The position numbers and the translations under genes were made by a program. 64,000 nt of DNA from assembly GCA_026770705.1 (NCBI GenBank), contig JANJGN010000021.1, positions 100,874,001-100,938,000 of the forward strand. The letters run 5' to 3'. The notes under the pieces were generated by a model, which saw only the letters and a program-made list of their open reading frames with translations, made no database searches and was not told the DNA's origin. Below are positions 1 to 13,400 of the stretch, one piece after another. Position 1 is the stretch's first letter. Each line of letters starts with the position of its first letter. This stretch comes from Isurus oxyrinchus. Lineage: Eukaryota.

Positions 1-983
1 ATTCCATTCTCAGATGAATAGCTGTTCTGGAAAATGGGAATGTTGAACTGGAGATACTTTTTTCAGATCTACATTGGGTCCATACTACACCTGACACAGC
101 GCAAAAAGAAGACGAGTCCTTCATTTTACCGAGCACAAAATAGATGCACTGTTAGAGTAACTGTCCTCCTGTATGTGCGATTTCTGATAAAAGCTGCCTA
201 CAGCAACTTGTAGCAATTTAGTAAATGTAACTTGGTAATGAGTGAACGCTAATTATGATTGTAGCAAACTACAGCACTGCTATTTTAACTCATTAGCTTT
301 CATGATATAACCCAGCTATTTGCCGGTTTTAATGTGTGTCAGCTGGGCTTTATACGTGTGCGCTTGTCGGTTGTCTGTCTTGTGTGAGTTGGGCTCAACT
401 GTTGATGGTCTTGTTTTCAAAGCGAAATATTGCGGAATTAAGTTCTACTTCAAAAGTTCAATAGATAATTGTGACTTCATGCCAGGAGTGAAGGAGCCCT
501 GCATTGCCAAATATTCTAGTCATTCCTGCTTGTCCAGGTGAACAGTGCGGGATTTTGACAAACAGCCAGGCGTTATTTCAGCATCCCGCCTAAAGTCGTT
601 TAATGAAGCGCGCCCACGTATACAGAATTATTTAAAGAAGGATAAATTGGTTATTTAATTTACTGCTGTTTCTGGTACCTTGCAGTTGTCATACTAAGAA
701 TGATAGCACTGAATGTAATTCACTCCATGAGTAAATTCACCTTGGAGACCCCGAGAGGCATGATCAGTTGTTAGAGAAACAGAAACAGTCCATTCAGCCT
801 CTCGAGCCTGTTCTGCCATTCAATTAGATAATGTACCTCAAATAAACCTGTGTTGTTTTTCTACCTATCAACATATATAACTATCAATAATCAAAGATCA
901 ACCTATCGCTCTGAATACTGTGTGTGCCATATTGTATTAAACTCCATTGACATTTTCCTTTCTATTATATTTTACGCTTGTAG

Positions 984-1018
984 GTTCACAAAGTTCTCCA
1001 ATCAAATCACAGAAACAG
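984..1018 (+). CDS. Candidate 35-nt phase 1->0 cytoplasmic micro-exon (GSQSSPIKSQKQ) of a receptor starting left of the window
   Basis: Acceptor ttttacgcttgtag and donor CAG|gtaagg; open in phase 1; no homology evidence. Confidence 0.3.
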
Positions 1019-3314
1019 GTAAGGATGAATATAAAGTGAAATACAGCCTTTAGTTTCAATGCATTTCGAGGCAAAACTCATACTGCTCCTGATCAAGCTA
1101 CGTTTTCGAAATCGTAGGTTGTAGGAGACCAAACAAATAGACTTTATTCACAAAATTTCATCTCAAGCTTTGCTGCAGTAGCAACAAGAACAGAGCATGA
1201 TATGGTAACCATAGAGATGGATGGATTTTATAGATTGGCATACTTAATAATTACCTATGTTTCTCGAATATAAATTAAACATTTTTATATATCTACTTTT
1301 AAGACGACGATATGTTGTTAAGAACGTGAAAGGTGCAAGAGGCCCAAGAGCCCAAACTTTTATTAGATATCAAACCCTTTCATCTTATCCCTCCAAGTCT
1401 CGACAAAAGCTCATCCAGTCCTTGTTTGAGTTCATTTATATTTTAGAGTTTGATTGCATATTCTGGCTATTTATTTTCTCCAAGACTATTAGATTTTTAA
1501 AACATTTTTTAAAAGTATTTCATTCTTAACCCCAATTTAAAGAGGTGGAATAGCTGATCTCTTGCACAAATACCAACCAATCAAGGACCGTCTTGCATGG
1601 GGGCCCATGAAGGGTACATCATGTCTGGCCAGCCTAGACTAATCAAATCTTTCTGTTTGAACAGATAACTACAACAGAGCCGATACAATACGCGTCGATA
1701 AATATAGACTTTTTAAAACAACGATCTTCCCTGAATGTGGCTGCGGCATGTGACGATTTAGAGTGAGTTAATAATTGCCCTTAATGGAACGAATCAGATT
1801 TCAGATACGCTTATTTCAGTTTTTCATTTGAAATCACAGCTACTTATGGGTCAGAAAGAAACCCTTAATCCCCAGCTCCAGAACACTAACTAATATAGAT
1901 CAGGAGTCTAGCAGCTTCGCTCCTTTGTTTCTCTCCATTTGAAAAATGTTGCTAGATGCGCACTTACCGTCCAAATCCCTTGCTTTCTGTCATCGCGATC
2001 TTAACCCAAGCGCGTGCCTGTGTGTCATTATTAATTTCTGGACAAGAGGTGACATGCTGTCAGTTTAACAGTCATGCATTATAATCTTGACTTCTGCCAT
2101 CTGTAAAAATAAAAAAGTGGGTTTACAGTAGGTTGACAATGGGTTAGACCCTTCACTAATTGTGACGGAGCACGCGATCAGCGCTCTACTGACCCATATT
2201 TAGAAGATGCAAATTGGATTCCTGGATCTCAGGTGGGACAGAGAGAATACCACACAAGCCGTGAGACTGTGGTCCGGGCCGAGCAACTGGAAATCAATCT
2301 GCACTAGTATTCCCAATCATACCGAACCAAGCAGGGCAGTTTAAGTATAGATCAGGAGTGACTGTGGTATTATCCACGGTCAGGTGAAGAGTTGATATTC
2401 ACCGTAGAAACAAAGTGCACAAGGGCTGGCGAGATCTTTCGTAAGAATTTGCAGATGCATGGAATTGAAAAAAGAAGCACTTTTTCAGTTTTGTGTGTTG
2501 AACTGTGGTTCAAAATTTGCATCACGTTATATCGGAAAGTGTCACGCTCTGAATTAACTTCACTGCAGCTTGTCAAATCCTCTGAAGCTCTAGCAATCGA
2601 TCCAAACATGAGTTTTCTTCAAGATAAATTACACTCTTGTCTCTAACACTCCCGTACATAGAGTTGAGACTTTACCTCTTCCCTTTACTGAAAGAACCAA
2701 ACAGTTCCCCTCATCTCAGTCTTGTCTCTCTGTCCTGGTAGCCATTAATTGGGACACTTCAAAAAGAAACAAGAAAAATCTATTTGCCGCATTGCACCTA
2801 TCAGCCCCTTTTCAATCAACGCAACACAAATTTCTCATCATCTCAGATTATTGCTCCGTCCCTTCTCACTCCAGAAGCTCGTCGAATTCCCACATCCTAT
2901 TCGTTTCAGTGGAATTTGCTGGTACATAATTTCATACATTGATAATTCTTTCACCTAGAAAATAATTTAGAAATGTTTAACATCCTTGCTAAATCCTGCC
3001 AATAGAGCACTATGAAACGACATGGTTAGCACTTCTTTTATTCAAGGGATGCGAGCAGCGCTGGCAAGGCCAATTTAGTGCCTACCGCTAATTATCCTTG
3101 ATAAAGACGCATTGAGCTGCCTTCTTGATCCACTACAGCCCATCTGTTGTTGGTACACTCAAGGTGTTTTTAGGTAAAGAGGTTTCAGGATTTTGACCAA
3201 GGGGCGCTGAAGACATTCTTAAATGTCCTCTAATATCACCACCAGCTTCGGCTAAAATTTATTTTATGGCTTAAGGGAAGCTGCAAAGTTTGACTGGAGG
3301 CCAAGCAGGTTTTG

Positions 3315-3835
3315 CTTCTTTTGTTCTTTTACGGGATGTTGGCGTCGCTGGCTAGGCCAGCATTTTTATTTCCCACCCTTAATTGCCCTTGAGAAGATGG
3401 TGGTGAGCTGCCTTCTTGAACCACTGCAGTCCATGTGGCATAGGAACACCCACAGTGCTGTTAAGGAGGGAGTTCCAATATTCGGTTCCAAGTCAGGATG
3501 GTGAGTGGCTTGGAGGGGAACTTCCAGGTGGTGGTGTTTCCATCTAAATGCTGCCCTTGTACTTCTAGGTGGCAGAGGTCCTGGGATTGGAAGGTGCTGC
3601 CTAAGCAACCTTGGTGAGTTTCTGCAGTGCATCTTGTGGATGGTACACACTGCTGCCATTGTGAGACGGTGGCGGAGGGAGTGAATATTTATTGAAGGAG
3701 TGCCAATTAAGCGGGCTGCTTTATCCTGGAGGGTGTCAAACTTCTTGAGTGTTGTGGGAGCTGCAAGTAGGGAGTATTCCATTATGCTCCAAATCTGTGC
3801 TTTGTAGATGGTGGACAGGCTTTGGGGAGTCAGGA
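3315..3835 (-). mobile_element. CR1-clade non-LTR retrotransposon (family 2), 3' fragment
   Basis: ORF 3366-3845 (LTPQSLSTIYKAQ...MEYS...KAARLIG) matches the RT C-terminus at 15341-16066; family 3' tail present. Confidence 0.85.
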
Positions 3836-4394
3836 TGCTTCTCATCAGGAGAACCTGTTCTGCAAGCTAGGTGCCAAGATACCTGAACTGCATATAAGAA
3901 CTGTTGTAAGGCCGCCTGATTAAAGCCATTTTATACCTCTTTACTTCCATCGCTGCTGCAGCATAACTACGTTCTATGAAAATGGAGGTGGAAAAAATGA
4001 CTACTTGGGGATTTCCCAAAACTCACTGTATGTTTTCATGTTATCAGCCGAAGTCACCATTGTATCCTGCAATCGGCTACTGATTAGCTCTGTCCTGCTG
4101 ATGAATACAGGAAAGCACAAAAGTGTATATTAACCCCATGCAGATATAAACAACATAACTGGGGTTGTCTTCCTAATGGTACCATTCTCATATCTCTATA
4201 ATAATGGCCCGTTGGAATGCATATTTTAATGAAATAAAACGGGAGTGGGGATGTTTGTTTTCAGACCACATATATTGAGTTTCTAAAGTTTACTTGTTTA
4301 TATCCAACTTGCTAGAAGCTATCAAGTTAGAATTACTTCTTGGTAAATGTTTTATTCTCAAGGTGTGTAAAATGTCCCCTTCATTTTTTTGCAG

Positions 4395-4429
4395 GCATGA
4401 TTATGGATATGACGAATTTAACATAACAG
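4395..4429 (+). CDS. Candidate 35-nt phase 2->1 micro-exon (HDYGYDEFNIT)
   Basis: tttttttgcag acceptor and CAG|gtgaat donor; only one open frame; end phase fits exon 7723. Confidence 0.25.
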
Positions 4430-5779
4430 GTGAATAACACAGGAAAGAAAGACCGACCTTTTGGTAACCTGGGTGGTTTATTATGTCTGACCTTTCTCCT
4501 GTAGCCTTCTGAATTTGAGGCAAGCACTTAGTGATTGAGTATGACTTTGCTCTCCGTAATGACCATAAGTATTCGAGACCTTTTATTGGTGCAGAATTTC
4601 GTTTTGGGCAAAATGGGCAGTTTCCCATCAGTGACCTATTATACACCTCAGTTTTAGTGAAGTCAATGGAGTTGAACACTGGCTGATTCAATACCTCTAA
4701 TATTTTGCTGACACCCTCTCACAAAACGAGGTAATGCCCCATCTTCTTGGATGCAGAAAACGGTCTGCTATTTGGTACAATTTGGTCCTAGTTGCCAATC
4801 TCACTCAGAGAGACATAAAACAATTGGAGGCTGAAATAAAAATGCTGGCCGCAGAGAGCTCACCTGAGGTCTGTCTAAAGACACCTTTGGGTCAGCTTGT
4901 GCTGCGTGACATTAGCATGTAACTTATTGGTTCCAATTTTACTCCCTTAGATTAAATCTGCCCAGATCCCTGTGGTGTCTCCATGTCACTTTGCATATGG
5001 TGCTAAGTCAAAGAGATCTCTAGGCGTGCAGAAGCATTGATGTTAGCAAGCATCGTAAGCGAGCAATCATATTAAAGTCAGCAATCGTGGAAGTTAAGCT
5101 TATTGAATACCTTCATCTTTAATGTAATAATTCTGATAACAAAATACATAATTGATGATTGGATTATGATAAACACATTTTTAAAATATGATTTTAAAAA
5201 TATGTAGTTATTTTATCATTATGGAGAAGTTTTAGATTCCACAATATAAAATTATTTTTTTTCAGCGCCAGCAAAGAAGTTAGTATGAAGTTAAGGCCCA
5301 ATTATGCCATATTTAACAAGATGAAAACTTTTGAGGTTTTTCCAGTTAACTAATACGTATGAGTGGAAGTTCTTGTCAGTTTAGTGATTTCCCACCGATT
5401 ACAGCTTGAGGGTCCTGAACAAAACATCCTGTGGAGAAGTGTAGAATCAAAGTCATCAACTTCTGGATTTTCGTGTTATCCTGTACATGTGGAGTCTCCT
5501 GACATTATCATCAGTTTCCATGGAGTAACAGTGGTGATGATGAAGGCTAACAGCTTCACTTCCATTACAACTGCAAAATTAACAGATTCTATGTAATGCC
5601 TCTTTAAATTAATTTTCGTGATATATGGGCCACAATTATTATCCATCCCTGCATACTCTGAGAAACTAAGAGCGGATAACCGTAGATTTTGTGGTGATAG
5701 GCTTCCCAAAATGGTGTTCGGTAGGTAATTTCAGGATTTTGACACAGCACTTATGAAAGAACCCGGATATATTATTTAT

Positions 5780-6225
5780 ACTTTCATGGATGTGGGTGAT
5801 TTTGGCAAAGCCAACATTTGTTGCCCATTCATAATTGCCCTTGGAACTGCTTGGTCAAGGCCACTTCGGAGAGCAGTTAAGACACAACCACATTGCTGCG
5901 GATCTGAAGTCACACCAGGCCAGGCCGGCAAATTTCTTTTCCTAAAGTGAATTGGATGGGTTTTGCAACAATGGTCATCACTAGACTTTCATTTCCTGAT
6001 TTACAAAAAAAAAGATTCACATTCCATTATCTGCCATGTTGGCATCCAAACCCAGATCCGCTAGGCATTAACCCTGTGTATTGGGAGCACTAGTGCAGTG
6101 ATAATACCAATACGCCACTGCCTCCCCTAAACTTAAAATCCGCCATCTGCCAGAGTGGGATTTGAACCCATGTCCCCAGAACATTAGTCTCGGCCTCTGG
6201 ATTACTAGTCCAGTGACATATTACC
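5780..6225 (-). mobile_element. tRNA-derived SINE plus a second head fragment
   Basis: Reverse strand shows TGGCGTATTGG (A-box-like) and GGTTCAAATCC (B-box); tail shared with CR1 family 2. Confidence 0.7.
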
Positions 6226-6228
6226 AAG

Positions 6229-6402
6229 TAGATGATGCCTGCAACAAAAACAAAAACTGCTGGCAAAACTCAGCAGGTCTGATAGCAGCTGTGGAGATCT
6301 CCATCGATGATGTCAGACCTGCTGAGTTTTTCCAGCAATTTTTGTTTTTGTTTCAGAATTCCAGCATCTGCGGTATTTTGTTTTTATTTAGATGATGCCT
6401 GC
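6229..6402. mobile_element. Short palindromic Penelope-like insertion with 14-bp TSD
   Basis: Inverted aaactcagcaggtctga / tcagacctgctgagttt arms; direct repeat TAGATGATGCCTGC at 6229-6242 and 6389-6402. Confidence 0.7.
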
Positions 6403-6527
6403 CTTGGAGGGAAATCGGAGGCAGTTCTGCACTCATGATCTTGATACCATCATAGAATGATATTGTGCAGAAGGAGCTCATTCAGTTCATTGTACCAGCG
6501 GTGGCGCTTTGAAACATCTATTCAGTT

Positions 6528-7495
6528 AATAAGAACATAAGAAATAGGAACAGGGGTAGACCATTCGGCCCTTTGAACCTGCTCCGTCATTCAATAAGGT
6601 CATGGCTGATCTTCTTGTGTTTTGATTTCCACGTTCCCATCTAACCCCGATAACCTTTGATTCCCTTGCCTATCAAGAATCTATCTACCTTTGCCTTAAA
6701 AATATTCAATGGCCCCGCCCCCACCACCTTCAGTGGCAGAGTTCCATAGTCACACAACCCTGTGAGAGAAAAAAATTCTCCTCATCTCTGTCCTAAAAGG
6801 GCGATCCCTAATTTTAACACAGTGCCCCCTAGTTCTGGACTCACCCACAAGAGGAAACATCCTGTCGATGTCCACATTGTCAAGACCGTTCAAGATCTTG
6901 TCCACTTCAATCAAATCACCCCTCACTCTTCTAAACTCCAGTGGAAACAAGCCCAGTCTGTCCAACCTTTCCTCATAAGACAACCCTCTCATTCCAGGTA
7001 TCAATCTAGTAAACATGCTTTGAATTCCTTTGAAAGCATTTACATCCTTCCTTAAATAAGGAGACTAAAACTGCACAAAATATTCACGGTGTGGTCTCAC
7101 CAATGCTCTGTATAACTGAAGCTTACTTTTATGTTCAACTCTTCTCATAATAAAGGATAGCATTCCATTAGCCTTCTTAATTACTTACCACACCTGCATA
7201 CTAACTTTTTGCAACTCGTGTACCAGAACACCTATATCCCTCTACACCTCAGAATTATGCAGCCGTTCTCCATTTAAGTAGTACTCTGTTTTTTTGTTCC
7301 TCCTGCCAAAGTGAACAACTTCACATTTTCCCACATTAAACTCCATTTGCCAGATCTTTGCCCACACACTCAGCCTATCTATATCCATCTGCAACCTCTT
7401 CATATCCTCTTCACAGCATACTTTCCTACCTATCTTTGTGCCATCTGAAAATTTAGCTACCATCTCTTCACACCCTTCACCTAAATCATTGATGT
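6528..7495 (-). mobile_element. CR1 LINE (family 1), 5'-truncated
   Basis: ORFs 7242-7556 (KFSDGTKIG, WQMEFNVGKCEV) and 6750-7016 (RGLSYEERL, RGDLIE); short-repeat 3' tail. Confidence 0.92.
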
Positions 7496-7722
7496 CAATC
7501 CCACTCACCGTCTCTTTCCCTGAAACCCTGCAGGGAAACAATTTAACTGTGAACAACTAGAGCCACACTTCTGGCATATTATTTAAAATGGGCACTTTAT
7601 GTTCATTATGTCAATGCAAGCTTAAAGAAATAAGGATTTGAAAAAAATATTCTCAGCCTGTTCCTTTGTGGGATTGGGATGCCATGCTATTGACATGCAC
7701 TTCTTTCTCGCTTAATTCACAG

Positions 7723-7763
7723 CAAAACGCATTCCTAATCCTGAAAAGGTGTCAGTGAATCAG
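7723..7763 (+). CDS. Candidate 41-nt phase 1->0 cytoplasmic exon (xKRIPNPEKVSVNQ) of a fourth receptor
   Basis: Strong acceptor ttctttctcgcttaattcacag and donor CAG|gtaaga; same length, phases and xKR...Q outline as gene B exon 39629-39669. Confidence 0.45.
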
Positions 7764-8727
7764 GTAAGAGAGCCAGGGTGCTGCCCTTCATTTTAAGTAA
7801 ACCAAGTCGACATTCTTCTTAATGAATCTGAACCAGTTCAAGTTAAAGATTAGAAGGAGGTACAGCGCAGTCATCAGCAGCTGGAATGTGTCGAGGAGAT
7901 GTTCGACTGGATTCATTTAGGAAACAGTTAGATTCTTTTATAGGGAACAGGGTGATGTTGCTAAGGATGAATTTTAGATAAAACGGACGAAGAGAGCTTT
8001 TCATTCATCACCATGTGGCATTTGTACTTTCGCCTCCTCCAGATATTGCACCCAGGATGTTGGTACTCATGGACTTCCATTGGATTCGTCCATGTTGATG
8101 CTTGGCAAAGTATTGCAGCGGTTTGCTTTTACCCTGGGTAGTATGTCTGACCAGGAAACTCTCCTGCTCTTAACAACTACCACTAGGCGTATTAGAAGGA
8201 TTTGCAGGCTGATAATCAACCTGTTTGCCCACATTAAGAATGCATCAAGTGGGACTTAAACCCAGGGTTAAGGGTGCTACTGCTGCGCCACAAGACGACA
8301 TTGACACAGGCGCTTCAAAATGATTTTTTAAATAAATATGCATGATGGCAACTTTCTCTAATTAATATCAATAAATCATGCAAATTGGACGCAGGTCACC
8401 ATGGCATACGATTTCGTAATGTATATTTTGTGGTCTCCCAGATGTCTGATAGAGTATATTAAACTACTGAAAGTAAAGCTTCAGAGAAATACAGTGACCT
8501 GAAGTAAGTTTTTTTTTTCTTGTTATTCTACAGACCAGGCTGTGCCATCATAAATTAATATATATAAACTCGGTGTTGAAATTTGGAATTAAAATAAGCC
8601 ACTCGATCTCTGCGTTAACCTTGAAAATCATAGGCATTTAAGTGGAACAGTTTTACCAGTATTCAAGCTGGACTGTTTGCCCGAGTTGAGTGTACTGCAC
8701 TTTTTCTAACCATCATAATCTCCACAG

Positions 8728-8871
8728 GAAAATGGAGCAGATTCTGACCAGTCCGCTTCAGCGGTGAATGAAAGTGCAATGAATGTCGGAAGCCAATCTT
8801 CAATTTTAAACTCGGAGGCCGAAGAGAAAATCCAGTGTGATGTTAGTCTTTATGACGCAATTCAGGATTAA
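8728..8871 (+). CDS. Candidate terminal cytoplasmic exon ending in ITIM-like SLYDAI
   Basis: Acceptor ctccacag; phase-0 frame open for 47 codons, ENGADSDQ...CDVSLYDAIQD*; size close to gene B terminal exon (46 codons). Confidence 0.45.
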   Translation, partial: ENGADSDQSASAVNESAMNVGSQSSILNSEAEEKIQCDVSLYDAIQD

Positions 8872-8889
8872 TTTTCTTCAGTTGCACAG

Positions 8890-9250
8890 GAATACATAGA
8901 ATATGCCGCACTGAAACACACCATTCAGCACAGCTTATGCTCCACTCGACACTCTTCCCATCCTTTCCCATATAAATCTATCATCTTAACCCTCTGTTCC
9001 CTTCTCCCCCACGTGCTAACGTAGCTTCCCCTTAAATGCATGTGTACTATTTACCTCAACTACCCCCTGTGATGACGAGTTCCACATTCTCACCACTCTT
9101 TGGGTAAAGCAGCTTTTCCTGAGTTCCCTCTTGGATTTCTAGGTGACTTTCTTATGTTGATCACTCCTACCCACAAAAGGAAACTTCCTCTCTGCATCCA
9201 CTCTATCTAAACCCTTCAACATTTTAAAGACTTACATTAGGTCATCATTC
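8890..9250 (-). mobile_element. Degenerate CR1 3' fragment
   Basis: gagttccacattctcaccactctttggg and ctctatctaaacccttc resemble the CR1 3' ends elsewhere in the window. Confidence 0.6.
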
Positions 9251-10529
9251 GGCCCTTGCCTTTTTCATTTGTCCTTTTGTAATACAAAGAAACAAAAAAG
9301 CTTGCCTTTATCAAGCTTCTGTCACGACCTCAGACGTATAAAAGCTCTTTACAGATACCATATAAATGAAAGTCCTTTCTCTTTATTTTGAATGTTCTTT
9401 ACATTTCCAATCAACATGATCTCTGTAAATCAATGTATTATTTGTAAAACATAAATATTTTGGTGATGAATTCTTGTACGTTTCGTCTTTTATGGTGCTG
9501 TGTTGTGTTTTTAATGCAAAATGGAAAATGTGGAAGTCCAATGCATCAGCTAGTAACCCCAATGACTTTGTTAAAAAAAAACAGAATTGAATTCATTTTT
9601 CCAATTTTTGTAAATTGATTATTCCGAAATTGCCAAGCTTACTTAAACCACAGCCAAACCGTTTTTTTTTCAACCTAACACGCGGATGGAAAGCCACTGA
9701 GGTCCATGGGCTACTGAGAAGAAAGGTGTAATACCCATTTACGCGGCAACTGTAGCGTCAGTAGCAGATCATTTCTGATTTTGCAACTTGTGCTAAGGTT
9801 GTAATTGCAGTTCCGAATTAAGGGAGATGAAATGTAGCCTAGGAGTACTCTGATCGCTGTTCGAACCCTCCCCGGCCTAAGTGGCACTTATTTGTGGAAT
9901 AAAATTGTGAGTTACATAACGGATACCTAAATATCAACGTCTTTCACCAGCCTTCCAGCCTATATTATTTATTATTTTAAAAAGCATCAAACTTCTTTGG
10001 GACAGCATTTTCCAAATGTTATGTGTTATATCTGAAGAGATTCTCTGACCCTCTGAGTGACGCTCCAAGTGTGAAATTTCGGATGGATGTTTCTGCTGCT
10101 TCACAACGTTTGGGGGTGGACATTTATGTGAGGCGTCGGCAGTTTAGACCTTTTCCGCGAAATTGGAAATACTGACCTTTGAAACCGACACCCAACACAA
10201 TAGTTTTGTTAGTAATTGCTACGGCATGTTTTTTTTTTAAAGTGCACGGCAACAAACACAAAAATGCAAATAAAATATTACAGTTTCAGTTGGTTTTGAA
10301 AATGGATTATTCGGAAAACACTTACTGTCAACCCAGATTTTGGCCTCCGGCACTGTTTGGAACTTGGGTTTGAACCCTGCACCTTTAAACTCACAGTGAG
10401 GAATGGTACCGCCAAGTCGCCCATTTGCTTCATCGACCGCATGTATCAGAGGTGGATGCAAATAATCTTGGAATTGTGGACTTGTCAAAAAGTGTAAAGA
10501 GCCAACATGTTGTTCTGTACATCCCTTCA

Positions 10530-13400
10530 TAAATTAGTTTGAGCTGATGAGTTAGAATTTCAAGGCGATGAGCTGAGGTTACAGATGGATACGTGACACC
10601 ATGATATCATTGCCATAGCGGAAACTTGGCTTAAAGAGCGCCACAAAATGGCAGCTCAACATCCCTGCAGATACAATTTTCAGACAGGATCGAGAGGGAA
10701 ATAAAAGATGGGGAATAGCGTTATTGGTTAATGTATCAATTACTGCTGTGAAGAGTGATGAAATACTAAATAAAGCATCAAATGAGGTAATATGGGTTAA
10801 TCTCAGAAATAAAAGGACGAAGCCACATTGCTACGGGTGTGCTAAAGACCCCCACACAGTGAAAGGGAGTTAGAAAGGATAATATGTAGATAAATTTCTC
10901 AGCGCAAAAACAATGGGGCAGTGATAGTTGGAGACTTCAACTATTATCAGTTGGGATATGACGAGTGTGAAGGGAACAAAGAGCGCAAAATTGTTGAACT
11001 GCATTCAAGATGTATTTTTAGCTAACGCTTAACAATCCTAACGAGAGGGTGTGCAATTCTACATTGAACTTTAGAAAATGAAGCCGGGCTAGTGGATGAA
11101 GTAGCAGAGGGGGACCATTTTGGAGATAGTGACCATAATGCAGTTCGATTTAACATAATTTTGGTAAAGGGCAAAGATAGAATAGCAGTAAAAGCTCTGA
11201 ACTGTGAGAAGACACATTTTAAAATGCTAAGAGGTGAACTGTCGAATGTGGTCTGGATGCAGCTGCTAGAAGGGAATGTTGTCCAAACAGTGGAAGGCAT
11301 TCAAAAACAAGATTCTATGGGCACATTGTAGACATATCCCCACAAAGAAGAAAGTGGTACTGCCAAACCTAGAGCCCCCTAGTTATCCAGAAGGATACAG
11401 GGTAAGATAAAGCAGAAAAACAAAGCTTATGGCAGTATCAAAAAGTTCAATACTGTAGAAAACCTAGAGGAGTCTAGAAAGTACAGGGGTGAAGTAAAGA
11501 AGGAAATTAGGCAAGCAAAGAGGGGAGACGAAGAATATTGGCAAGTAAAATCAAAGGAAACCCAAAGATGTTTTCCCAGTATATTAAGAGAAAGAGAATA
11601 ACTAATGAAAGGCACCGTCTATCAGAGATCTACATGGCAACTCAGCGTTGATACAAAAGATGTTGTCAGCATTTTGAATGAGCACTTTGTCTCTGTTTTC
11701 ACTAAGGAGAGGGATGATGCAGACATTACATTTAAGGAGGGGGAATGCGAAATCTTAGATACAATAAACATAGTGAGTGAGGGAGTACTGCAGGGACTGA
11801 CATCCTTGAAGGCGTATAAATCATCAGGGCCGGATGGATTGTGCCCCAGGCTGTTAAGGGAAACCAAGGAGGAAATAGAGGATGCTCTGAGGATCATTTT
11901 CCAATCCTCATTAGATACAAGCGAGGTACCAGAGGATTGGAGGTCTGTGAATGTTGTAGCATTATATAAAAAGGGCGTGAGGGTTAGGCCAGTTAGTCTG
12001 ACTTTGGTGGTGGGAAAATTATTGGAATCAATTCTCAGAGACAGGATAAACTGCCCCTTACAAGGCATGGATTAATCAGGGATGGTCAGCATGGTTTTGT
12101 CAGGCGAAGGTCATGCCTTCTTAAATTAGTCGATTTTTTTGAGGAAGTAACAGGGAGGATTGATAAGGGTAGTACAGTGGATGTTACCTACATGGGTTTT
12201 AATAAGGCATTTGACAAGGTCCCACATCACAGGTTCGTCAGAAAAGTGAAACCCCATAGGTTACATGGGAAGGTGGTGAGTTGGATTCAAAATTGCCTCA
12301 GCAACAGGAAACAAAGGGAAATGGTCGATGGATGTTTTTTATGAATGGAAAGTGGTTTTCAATGGAGTTCTACAAGGCTCATTGTTAGGACCTATCCTCT
12401 TTGTTGTATATATTAATGATTTGGACTAAACTGTGAGAGGCATGATTAGGAAATTTAATATGACAAAAATATTGGCCATGTGGTTGATAATGAAGGGCAC
12501 AGCTGTTGCCTCCAGACTGATATCAACAGTTTGGTTGAGTGGGAGGGTAAGTGGCAAATGGAATTCAATCCAGAGAAGTGTGATGTAATGCATTTGGGGA
12601 GGACAAACAAAACAAGGGAATACTCAATAAATGGGAGGATATCTTGCTCGAGATGAAGTGAGAGACCTTGGAGTGCATGTTCACAGGTTCGTGAAGGTGG
12701 AAGGACAGGTGGATAAGGTGGTAAAGAAAGCATATGGAATGTTTTCCTTTATTGAACGAGGTGTTGAATACAAAAGCAGGGATGTAATGATGGAACTGTA
12801 TAAAACACTGGTTCGACCACAGGTGGAATTTTGTGCAAAGTTCTGGTCAGCACATTACAGGAAGGACATAAATGCTCTAGAGAGAGTGCAGAGGAGGTTT
12901 ACAAGAATGTTACCAGGGTTGGAAATTGCAGTTTTGAGGGAAGATTGGATATGCTAGGGTTGTTTTCCTTAGAACAGAGGAGGCTGAGGCTAAAATTAAA
13001 GTGAACAAAATGATAGGGGGCCTAAATAAGGTAGACAGGAAAGACCTGTTTCTCCTCGCTGACAGGTCAATTACATGGGGGGACCGAGGGTGGGGGGGTG
13101 GGGGGGTGGGGGGGGGGCGGGGTGGAGAGGTTGGGGGGGGGGATAAATTTAAGGTGATTGGTAGAAGGATTAAAAGGGACAAGAGAAAAAACTTTTTCAC
13201 TCAGATGATGCTGGGTGCCTTGTAATTCATTGCCTGAATTGACAGTTGAGGCAAAATGCTCCACTAATTTGAAAGGTACCTAGATCTGCACCTAAGTGCG
13301 GCTAATTTATTTTTTGCTTTTTTTCCCTCCTTTTTATTTGGCGCAGACACAATGGGCTGAATGGCCTCTTTCTGTGCCGCAACTTTTCTATGGCTCTGTA
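10530..13400 (+). mobile_element. CR1 LINE ORF2 remnant (endonuclease to RT to 3' end), disrupted
   Basis: GDSDHN, KSSGPDG, VPEDWRSVNV, RPVSLT, YKTLVRPQVE, ALERVQRRFTRM spread over broken frames. Confidence 0.93.

Noticed and set aside
2370-2646. Overlapping ORFs on both strands
   Set aside because: No domain features; at most non-coding exon sequence.
8504-8533. gtaagt...tacag as an intron joining 8442-8503 to 8534
   Set aside because: 30 nt is too short for a vertebrate intron and the downstream phase-2 frame hits stops.
13077-13142. G-rich tracts as functional G-quadruplexes (also ~17577, 19855, 25395, 53105, 56870)
   Set aside because: Low-complexity runs, one inside a LINE; common and error-prone, with no positional pattern.
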